64,000 bases of DNA from a virus, in IMG/VR virus record IMGVR_UViG_3300023179_000032, positions 32,001 through 96,000 of that record. One strand, 5' to 3'. A program made the position numbers and the translations under genes. Shown one piece after another: positions 56,322 to 64,000 of the stretch (position 1 is its first letter; every line of letters begins with the position of its first letter). Under the pieces are notes generated by a model. It saw only the letters and a list, made by a program, of their open reading frames with translations. It had not been told where the DNA came from and made no database searches.

Positions 56322-56446
56322 ATACTAAGCAGTCAGACATCTGATTGATCAATCAAACTGTGGTAAACCGGCAAAGAGCCCGTAAGGGATGCGAGCGAAA
56401 GTTCAAACAAAGGTTAACCGTGAAACACGGGGTATAGGGGAGCGAA
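56322..56446 (+). ncRNA. Structured 5' leader / cis-regulatory RNA candidate
   Basis: CCC-GTAA-GGG and GAGC-GAAA-GTTC GNRA hairpins enclosed by AACC/GGTT, CCGTG-AAA-CACGG hairpin next to the GGGGAG Shine-Dalgarno, and the 14-bp palindrome TGATTGATCAATCA. Confidence 0.55.
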
Positions 56447-59227
56447 ATGGCCAATGTAGGTCGTATTTCAGGTTCAATGCTCAGAAAAAATCTCCTGCGA
56501 TATGCAGAAGATCTTGCTTTTGAGGATAATTTACTGTATCTGTCAGTACCAGATACTACTAATCCTAACAAAAAAGTTGGCATAGGAATTAAACGAGATA
56601 TACCCCGATACGAATTAGATGTAACAGGCACCACATATAGTGATATATATCAAGGTGAATATCTAAAAATAGATAATATTGTAATTGATCAAAACGAAAT
56701 TAGAGCATCTAATGGCGGTATTAACATCAATACAAATACAAATATAGACTATTTGAATATCAGTAGTAGAACTTTTAATTTAGCACAAATACCTTTCACT
56801 AATACCAGTAGATTAGACCTAACTGGTAACTTAGAAGTTAATGGTAATATACATGCTACAGGTAGTATCACAGCAGATGGTAATTTAGTATTAGGTAATG
56901 AAAACACAGATACTATTCAATTTAATGCAGATATTATAAGTGATATTATTCCAGATGTTGACGATACATATGATCTAGGTTCACAGACTAAATCATGGCG
57001 TCAAATATTCACAGATGATTTAAGATTAGGTGGACCACAAGGAACAGATGCTTTTAACTTTACTCAAGGTCCAAAAGTCAATAATAATTATACTTTTAAA
57101 GGTCTAGTAGATTCAACTAATTATACAAAAATTAGCAATACAAACACAGATGGTCATTTAGCATTAAATGCAAATGGTAACGGGTTAATAGAGCTTGTCA
57201 GCAATAGTCGTGTACACGAAAATCTCCGAGTAGAAAAAGATATTTCTACTGATAATGCTAATTTTATTTTAATGGGTCAACCAGAACTAGGTATTTTAGA
57301 AGGTGCTGTGGATATGACAGAGGACACCAGTCTTACAGATGGTGTGGCACAACTAAATTTAATATTAACCTTGTTAGTGCCACCAAGTCCTCCCCCATTT
57401 CCTAATAATCAAAACTTAATTATAAACAATTTAACACAAAGAATTATTAATCAAGATGCTCTTTCACAACCTTTAAACGGTACAACAGTTACAGCACCTG
57501 CTCCTGGTACAGTGGTTTATGTGGCTAGAACTAATATCTATGCCACAAGTACAATTACAAACACAGGTCCAGGTACTGAAGGTAAAATTATAGTTAAGAG
57601 AAATAGTCTACCAGTTATACAAAAAACTTTGACATTTGGCAATAGTACACAGGTTATTACAACAAGAATAACAGCTACTACACTAGGTAGTGACATAGTG
57701 AGATTTGTACAACCAACAGCAGGTGTATTAGTTCCAGGATATTTGATTAAAACAGCTTCTTCTGGAGCATTTGGTGGATTAGCTAATGATACATTTTATA
57801 TTATAAAGGGTGTAACAGCTAAAACAATTAAGCTATCATTATTTGATGCTACAACTGGCACACAAGGTCTAGCATTTGCAGCAACAAGTACAGCAACAGG
57901 AACAATTAATTTTACCACACAAACAGATGTTGGTAATTTTGCTGGCACATACGATTTACTAGTATTGTCAAATAATGTGGCTAGTCCATTAGACACACCA
58001 GGATTTTATGAAACAATAGATATTAGAGTAGTTGGTGACACTGTTCCACCTGGATGGAACACAGTACAAATTGAGCATACTGGTGCTAGTGATTCAACAA
58101 CTATTGGATCTAACACTAGCAATATTGGAGTTTGGTATTTTGATGATAGTGATGGTCTCCCTGTTTTCACTAATCAAACTTTTACACTAAACACTTCAAA
58201 TATTACGTACTCTAGTACTGTCCCTCACTACAATAGTAGCACAGTTTATGATATTGGATTTACACTTACATGGAACAGAGGAAAAACTGCCCATGGAAGT
58301 ACAGGTACAAATATTTTAACTACTGGTGCTGTAGGTCCTTGGACCAGTGCTGGTAATAAAAATTATGCTAATCTTGGATATACATTCTTACCACAAACTA
58401 CACAGGTAACTAACGGTAGTGGACCAAACACACAAACCTTTAGAGTGAATGTTGTCACAGGTTTTGGACTATGGAATACCACAACAACTGTGCCTATATA
58501 TACAGCAGATAATAGTTATCAAACAGCTCAAACTGCTTTACCTGCATTAAATGCTAGAATTTTATACAAAACTGGCACAACAAGTAGCACATCATTTTTA
58601 GATGAAACAAATATATTTTTTAATGCAGCAGTAGGTGGTAGTACAACTGGTGCTACACGATGTGTTAACCCAGACGCTGGAACGGCTAGTCAAGATACTC
58701 CAGTATTCACAGCAGGTAGCACATTGTTCAATAGTCAAACTGGAACACTATATGATACAGATGCCATTGTTGTAGGAACTAGTACTGGAGTAAACAGTTT
58801 AACACATAATGTAACAAATTACTCAACAGGGTATTTGCCAGCAGGACCGAATTTTAGTACAAGAACAGCGGCCAATCCGCAATATTTTACTTTTAGATTT
58901 ACAAGATCAGCAGTAAGCAAGTTTAGAATACGTTGGACCACACCAGGAGGTATAGCAGGTATTTGGGCAGCATTACCAGGAGCAAATGGCACTAGTTTAA
59001 AATCAGGACATGTGAATAGCTGGTTAAGCGCAGAGATAGACAATAGTCTAGCAGGTGGTTGTGCTTTAGGTGGTAATCTTCCAAAAAATGGAGGAACTAA
59101 ACAGGTTAATATTAGTTTTGGAACGTTGAGTAGTACAAATAGTACTAATAATGAAATATGGGTAAGAATTAGATTAAATCCAGGTGAATCCTTGACCAGT
59201 TTGTATTTAGATGTGAGCGATCAATAA
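56447..59227 (+). CDS. Large virion structural/fibre protein (926 aa)
   Basis: MANVGRISGSMLRKNLLR N-terminus; GNLEVNGNI..GNLVLG..DTIQFNADIISDIIPD..YDLGS..W fibre motifs; Thr/Gly-rich C-terminal half. Confidence 0.75.
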   Translation: MANVGRISGSMLRKNLLRYAEDLAFEDNLLYLSVPDTTNPNKKVGIGIKRDIPRYELDVTGTTYSDIYQGEYLKIDNIVIDQNEIRASNGGININTNTNIDYLNISSRTFNLAQIPFTNTSRLDLTGNLEVNGNIHATGSITADGNLVLGNENTDTIQFNADIISDIIPDVDDTYDLGSQTKSWRQIFTDDLRLGGPQGTDAFNFTQGPKVNNNYTFKGLVDSTNYTKISNTNTDGHLALNANGNGLIELVSNSRVHENLRVEKDISTDNANFILMGQPELGILEGAVDMTEDTSLTDGVAQLNLILTLLVPPSPPPFPNNQNLIINNLTQRIINQDALSQPLNGTTVTAPAPGTVVYVARTNIYATSTITNTGPGTEGKIIVKRNSLPVIQKTLTFGNSTQVITTRITATTLGSDIVRFVQPTAGVLVPGYLIKTASSGAFGGLANDTFYIIKGVTAKTIKLSLFDATTGTQGLAFAATSTATGTINFTTQTDVGNFAGTYDLLVLSNNVASPLDTPGFYETIDIRVVGDTVPPGWNTVQIEHTGASDSTTIGSNTSNIGVWYFDDSDGLPVFTNQTFTLNTSNITYSSTVPHYNSSTVYDIGFTLTWNRGKTAHGSTGTNILTTGAVGPWTSAGNKNYANLGYTFLPQTTQVTNGSGPNTQTFRVNVVTGFGLWNTTTTVPIYTADNSYQTAQTALPALNARILYKTGTTSSTSFLDETNIFFNAAVGGSTTGATRCVNPDAGTASQDTPVFTAGSTLFNSQTGTLYDTDAIVVGTSTGVNSLTHNVTNYSTGYLPAGPNFSTRTAANPQYFTFRFTRSAVSKFRIRWTTPGGIAGIWAALPGANGTSLKSGHVNSWLSAEIDNSLAGGCALGGNLPKNGGTKQVNISFGTLSSTNSTNNEIWVRIRLNPGESLTSLYLDVSDQ

Positions 59228-59239
59228 TAGGGATAGATA

Positions 59240-61351
59240 ATGGCCGTAACTGATGCAACCAGAGTTGATTTATTACTAAAGAAGTTAGCAGGTGTAGCTA
59301 AAACTGATACTGCTGCCAACAAGAGTGTAAGTAATGAGTCTATAGCCAGTCCTAGTCTAAATAGGGGCGATTCAATATGGCTCAATTCTTATTTGGTACC
59401 TAGTACAGCCAGTGCTACATTAGGCACAATACAAACTAATAGAGTAGAATGTACACCAGACACTACCAGTCAATTAATGGGTGGCTCTGTATATCCTACT
59501 TGGAAAACAGGTATAACAGATTGGGTACCACCAGAATTTGACACTGTAAATGTTACTAATTCATACCGTGTTAAAGTTTATTATGGTAATGCAGGATTAG
59601 CTGATCCAACAGTAAGTGGTGGAACACAAATATTTGCTGATGGTATTTTAGGTGCCGGTGAATGGTATTTTGATTATCAGGCTGGTATAGTACATTTTTA
59701 TGGTAATTCTATACCAACTGGAATGACAGGATCTCATGTAATTTATGTAGTGGGTTGGACATATGTTGGTCCAAAAGGTTTCAATTATGCATTTAAAATA
59801 GATTCACCAATAATGCGTGGTAATCTAGCTTTACCTACTCTAATCACACTAAGAGGTGATATTGTTGTTGAAGAAAATGCAGTAATTAAGAAAGATTTAG
59901 AAATACAAGGTGGTGATTTAACTACAAATCAAAGTGTGTTTAATCTTTTAAACATAACTGCTACAACTATTAATTTTGCTGGAGCTGCTACTAGTCTTGT
60001 ACTTGGTGCATCTACCGGTATAACCAATGTTCGTAATAATTTAGATGTTGATGGTGATGTTAATATTGATGGTGGTGATTTAACTACTAATCAAAGTTTG
60101 TTTAATCTTTTAAACACAACTGCTACAACTATTAATTTTGCTGGTGCTGCTACCAATTTAAAAGTTGGTGCTACAACAGGTACAACAAATGTTCGTAATA
60201 ATTTGGAAGTTGATGGTGATGTAGTTATTGATGGAGATGAACTTAAAACAACTAGTCAAACTTTTAACCTAATTCCAGATGCAGCTACTACAGTGAACTT
60301 TGCTCAGGCAGCGACCAGTATCGTACTTGGTGCAACAACAGGTACAACAAATGTTCGTAATAATTTAGATGTTGATGGTAATCTTAATGTAGACGGTAAC
60401 TTTCATATCGGACAAGATTTAGATGTTGATGGTGATTTGAATATTGACGGTGGTGATTTAACAGTTAGTACAACAACATTTAATATAGCCAATGCCAATG
60501 CTACAACAATTAACTTTGGTGGTGCTGCAACAAATATTGAAATAGGTGCTAGTACTGGAACAACTAATGTCAATAATAATTTAGATGTTGATGGTGACGT
60601 TAACATTGATGGCGGAGATTTACGTGCCAGTACATCTACTTTTAATTTATTAAATGAGACAACAACCACAGTAAACTTTGCTGGTGCTGCAACAAATATT
60701 GAAATAGGTGCTAGTACTGGTACAACCAATATTAATAATAATTTAGATGTAGATGGTGATGTTAATATTGATGGTGGAGATCTAACAGTCAGCACAGAAA
60801 CATTTAACCTAGCCAATGCAGTAGCAACCACAGTAAATTTTGCTGGTGCTGCTACAAATATTAAGATTGGTAGTAGTGTAGGTATTACCAATGTTAATAA
60901 TAATTTAGATGTTGATTTGGACATGCACATAGGGCAGAATTTAGATGTTGATGGTGATCTTAACCTTGATGGTGGAGATCTAACAGTTAGTACAGAAACA
61001 TTTAACCTAGCAAATAGTACAGCTAAGAATGTAAATTTTGCAGGGGAAGCAACAAATATTGAGATTGGTAGCCAAGAAGGTGTTACTAATGTTAATAATA
61101 ATTTTAAAGTCGACGGTGACACAACTTTTGGTAATAGACTAACAGTTGATGGCATTGTTGATGTTAATAATAGTTTGTATGTTGAGGGAGAAACAAGACT
61201 AAGTCAAAGTTTAGAAGTTGAAAACTCAGTCAAAGTACAAAATGAATTAGCAGTAGAGGGCGATACAAATATTACTAGAGACCTTAATGTAGGTGGCTAT
61301 ATTAAAGGTGGACAGTTAATAGATACAACTATAGATTGTGGTGAGTACTGA
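59240..61351 (+). CDS. Virion fibre protein with seven 54-aa repeats (703 aa)
   Basis: Repeats of GGDLTxxxxxFNLxNxxATTxNFAGAATNIxIGASTGTTNVNNNLDVDGDVNID; C-terminal IDCGEY. Confidence 0.8.
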   Translation: MAVTDATRVDLLLKKLAGVAKTDTAANKSVSNESIASPSLNRGDSIWLNSYLVPSTASATLGTIQTNRVECTPDTTSQLMGGSVYPTWKTGITDWVPPEFDTVNVTNSYRVKVYYGNAGLADPTVSGGTQIFADGILGAGEWYFDYQAGIVHFYGNSIPTGMTGSHVIYVVGWTYVGPKGFNYAFKIDSPIMRGNLALPTLITLRGDIVVEENAVIKKDLEIQGGDLTTNQSVFNLLNITATTINFAGAATSLVLGASTGITNVRNNLDVDGDVNIDGGDLTTNQSLFNLLNTTATTINFAGAATNLKVGATTGTTNVRNNLEVDGDVVIDGDELKTTSQTFNLIPDAATTVNFAQAATSIVLGATTGTTNVRNNLDVDGNLNVDGNFHIGQDLDVDGDLNIDGGDLTVSTTTFNIANANATTINFGGAATNIEIGASTGTTNVNNNLDVDGDVNIDGGDLRASTSTFNLLNETTTTVNFAGAATNIEIGASTGTTNINNNLDVDGDVNIDGGDLTVSTETFNLANAVATTVNFAGAATNIKIGSSVGITNVNNNLDVDLDMHIGQNLDVDGDLNLDGGDLTVSTETFNLANSTAKNVNFAGEATNIEIGSQEGVTNVNNNFKVDGDTTFGNRLTVDGIVDVNNSLYVEGETRLSQSLEVENSVKVQNELAVEGDTNITRDLNVGGYIKGGQLIDTTIDCGEY
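59909..61120 (+). repeat. 162-bp (54-aa) tandem repeat array, 7 units, two with 12-aa inserts
   Basis: GGTGGTGATTTA at 59909 and 60071 (period 162); further units visible in the translation. Confidence 0.85.
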
Positions 61352-61370
61352 ATGAAAATTCGGTATTTTT

Positions 61371-61378
61371 GGTAAATA
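61371..61378 (+). promoter_or_regulatory. Probable late promoter (GGTAAATA)
   Basis: Intergenic; followed by AAGGAAG Shine-Dalgarno-like site and the ATG at 61412. Confidence 0.6.
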
Positions 61379-61411
61379 AAAAGTATAAATTTTTACTTCA
61401 AAGGAAGATAA

Positions 61412-64000
61412 ATGAGCACAAATATTAGATTTAAACGTAGTGATATACCTGGCAAAGTACCATCACTAGATAGCATTGACCTAGGCGAAATTGCATTAAA
61501 CACAGCAGATGGTAAACTTTTTACAAAACAAGAAATTAAACAACCAGATGGATTTGCTGCTATCCAGAAGATCATCGAGATCGGCGCTACTGAAGTACCT
61601 AATGTACTTTATGTGGCCAAGAATGGTGACGACAGCAACAGCGGAAAGACCTTGGGTCAAGCTTTTTTGACACTAAAGAAGGCGCTGAGCATAGCGACTC
61701 CTGGCACAACTATTTTCTTAAAGAGTGGGGAGTATATTGAAGATAACCCATTACGTGTTCCAGCTCGTGTGTCAGTTGTTGGTGACAACCTGCGTAACAC
61801 CACAGTTCGTCCCAAGAACCCAACCAAGGATATCTTCTGGGTATACAACGGTGCTTATATCTTCTGTATGAACTTTAAGGGTCATATTGCGCCAAGTGCT
61901 GCGGTATGTTTCCCACCAGACGGAAGTGCTGGTGAAATCGTAACATCACCATACACACAGGCTGTTACAAGTATTACAACTACTGGTACAGGTATGCGTG
62001 TTGACGGTGCATTGACCACAGGCCTACGTTCAATGGTTTGTGATGCGTTTACACAGTACAACCAAGGTGGTATTGGTATTCACATGTTGAACAGAGGTAA
62101 TACACAGTTAGTGTCCATCTTTACAATTTGCTGTGACATCAGCTTTATGTGTGAAAACGGTGGTTTCTGTTCAGTTAACTTGTCAAACAGCTCATTTGGT
62201 AACTACGGTCTGGTAAGTCGTGGCGCCAGTGATCCATTATATCGTGGTGTTGTTAAGAAGTCAGCTGGTCGTCAGATCACATTTAAGAATTTAGCACGTC
62301 GTCCAAACATTGGTGATGGTGTACTTTTTGCCGATTACAACCAAAAAACCTGTGACAGAGACAACGGACTTATTGTAGATAGTTTAGCCTTTGACCTACT
62401 ATATGAAGGTACTACACAAAGTACATTCAGTGGCCTACGTTATTGGGCCAAAGATGGTATTACAATAGGTATTGAACAACAAGAACAGACAGCAGCAGCT
62501 ATCAAACGTGCTCAGACAGTGGCTAGGTCTGTTATTACTGATACATCATTTACAAGTGCTGGTAATAGTGTTAGTCAAGTAAGAGCTAATGCTTTAGGTA
62601 TTAGTACAGCTTCAGTTGGTGGCAAAACTTTCTTAGAGCGTGTTGATACCGCTAAGAGATTAGCCACAGAAGGCTTTGACATCATCAGCAGAATCGTAGC
62701 AACAGGACCAAAGAGTCCAGCTCTAATTATTGGTCCTGATCTTGATGCAGCAGAACCAGAATACAAAATACTTAGAGAACAGGTATTAGATAGAAAGAGT
62801 CAAATTGTTGATGAAACAATTGCTTTCTTAAAGACTAATTTCTCAACAGTAGCCTATGTAACAAGCAAGTGCAAGAGAGACATTGATTTAATTATCGAAG
62901 CAGTTGTTGAAGATATGATCTTTGGCACAAATTATAAGACAATTAAAGCAGCAATAAGTTATTTGAAAGCAGTAGCAGACACATATACTGTTCCAGATGA
63001 ACAGAGAACAGCTACTATTGAAGCCTATAAGTTTGCAAGAGACAAAATTGTTCCTTTAGTGCAAGAAAATGATACACTATTAGCAAGAGTACAAAATAGT
63101 TTTACTATTATTACAACAGCTCTAGCCAACGGCGGTAAGGCCTACATTGAAGGTTTATTAGACCCAACAGCGGGAACATATGCTCTAACATTCCCAGCGC
63201 AACAAGATACAGATCCAGATGTATTAAACTTGGTTAAGAACTTACAGAAAAACAAGAAGTTTGTTGTTGCTGAAGTAATTGACTATATTAATAAGAACTG
63301 GCCAACAGTGGTAGCATATGATTATGACACAAATGTTTGTGGTCGTGATATTGGTTATGCCATTGATGCTGCCTGCTATGATCTAGTATATGGTGGAAAT
63401 AGTCAAACATTAGATGCAGCTAGAAGATATTTTAACTATGCAAGTGGCCTAAGTCAACTTAAGAGCAGCGAAGAAGTACCAGCAACAATTGATGCCTTTG
63501 GACGTGCTCAGTTACTAAGCCAGCGTGTAGTTATTTTAGATAAAATTGAAGGTACACAACCTGTTCCACAGGTATTCAAAGAAGGCAGTGTTGATCTAGT
63601 GCCTACAACTCAAACACAGGTCAACAGATTAGGTGGACTATTCAGTATCTTCTTAAAGCAATTAGAAACAGAAATTGTTGGCACCAGTGATTTCATTCAG
63701 CCAAATGGTAGTCGTCTAAATGATTCAGGTTTAGAAAACGCATTTGATCTATTACAGGCCAACAAACAATTTATTAAGAATGATGTTATAAATTATCTAG
63801 CAGTTGCATATCCTGGCTTTGATTATGACAAAGTCAAATGTGCTCGTGATGTTGGCTATATCATTGACAGTATTTGTTTTGATATTGTACACGGTGGTAA
63901 TCGTCAGGCTGTAACAGCTGGCATTTATTACTTTGATTTCAACGAAGACAAAAATGTTTTAACCAGTATAGTACCAAAGCAGATCAAACAAACTGTAAAT
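61412..64000 (+). CDS. Large virion structural protein, partial (runs off the right edge), with pectin-lyase-like beta-helix region and helical KCxRD repeats
   Basis: Not in the ORF track. Manual translation: MSTNIRFKRSDIPGKVPSLDSIDLGEIALNTADGKLF...VLYVAKNGDDSNSGKTLGQAFLTLKKAL..TIFLKSGEYIEDNPL..VVGDNLRNTTV; later repeats TCDRDNGLIVD, KCKRDIDLIIE, VCGRDIGYAID, KCARDVGYIID. At least 863 codons open. Confidence 0.85.
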   Translation, partial: MSTNIRFKRSDIPGKVPSLDSIDLGEIALNTADGKLFTKQEIKQPDGFAAIQKIIEIGATEVPNVLYVAKNGDDSNSGKTLGQAFLTLKKALSIATPGTTIFLKSGEYIEDNPLRVPARVSVVGDNLRNTTVRPKNPTKDIFWVYNGAYIFCMNFKGHIAPSAAVCFPPDGSAGEIVTSPYTQAVTSITTTGTGMRVDGALTTGLRSMVCDAFTQYNQGGIGIHMLNRGNTQLVSIFTICCDISFMCENGGFCSVNLSNSSFGNYGLVSRGASDPLYRGVVKKSAGRQITFKNLARRPNIGDGVLFADYNQKTCDRDNGLIVDSLAFDLLYEGTTQSTFSGLRYWAKDGITIGIEQQEQTAAAIKRAQTVARSVITDTSFTSAGNSVSQVRANALGISTASVGGKTFLERVDTAKRLATEGFDIISRIVATGPKSPALIIGPDLDAAEPEYKILREQVLDRKSQIVDETIAFLKTNFSTVAYVTSKCKRDIDLIIEAVVEDMIFGTNYKTIKAAISYLKAVADTYTVPDEQRTATIEAYKFARDKIVPLVQENDTLLARVQNSFTIITTALANGGKAYIEGLLDPTAGTYALTFPAQQDTDPDVLNLVKNLQKNKKFVVAEVIDYINKNWPTVVAYDYDTNVCGRDIGYAIDAACYDLVYGGNSQTLDAARRYFNYASGLSQLKSSEEVPATIDAFGRAQLLSQRVVILDKIEGTQPVPQVFKEGSVDLVPTTQTQVNRLGGLFSIFLKQLETEIVGTSDFIQPNGSRLNDSGLENAFDLLQANKQFIKNDVINYLAVAYPGFDYDKVKCARDVGYIIDSICFDIVHGGNRQAVTAGIYYFDFNEDKNVLTSIVPKQIKQTVN

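Noticed and set aside
56362-56392. Firm call of a c-di-GMP-I riboswitch
   Set aside because: Only the P2-like GGYAAA/GGGAYGC portion resembles it; the AAAGCC junction and P3 tetraloop receptor are not evident.
60403-61155. 250-aa antisense ORF, plus other long opposite-strand ORFs (e.g. 48615..48995, 26747..27199, 50849..51247, 845..1045)
   Set aside because: They lie wholly inside well-supported genes on the other strand, have no Shine-Dalgarno or promoter, and read as codon-mirror shadows of repetitive or biased coding sequence.
1-64000. Stop-codon reassignment (TAG or TGA recoding, as in some jumbo phages)
   Set aside because: Genes up to 4697 aa are intact in code 11, and TAA, TGA and TAG all end genes at positions flush with the next gene.

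Overview
64-kb segment of a large, AT-rich, T4-like contractile-tailed phage (Caudoviricetes, probably jumbo-sized), read in the standard genetic code. Four blocks are present. (1) 1-33708, minus strand: tail tube initiator, gp53, hub, gp5, gp25, gp6, a 4697-aa gp7-like wedge protein, a gp9-type collagen fibre, an S8 protease and three paralogous fibre/baseplate proteins. (2) 33782-38077, plus strand: an operon behind a near-consensus sigma70 promoter encoding gp55 late sigma, gp47, gp46, a small basic protein and a GIY-YIG nuclease, followed by about 330 nt of GC-rich, hairpin-dense non-coding sequence. (3) 38519-45235: a possible internal head protein, gp26 with an unannotated gp51-like frame reachable by -1 slippage, and a LysM-containing tape-measure-like protein. 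(4) 45241-64000, plus strand: head module gp20/21/22/23 interleaved with glycan-modifying enzymes, then further virion proteins, one behind a structured 125-nt leader. The best leads are the GIY-YIG plus downstream structured RNA, the putative gp26/gp51 programmed -1 frameshift, the methyltransferase/MAF-like/glycosyltransferase genes in the head module, and the structured leader at 56322-56446. No tRNA, rRNA, CRISPR array, integrase or reverse transcriptase was seen. All family calls come from motif recognition by eye, not from database searches.
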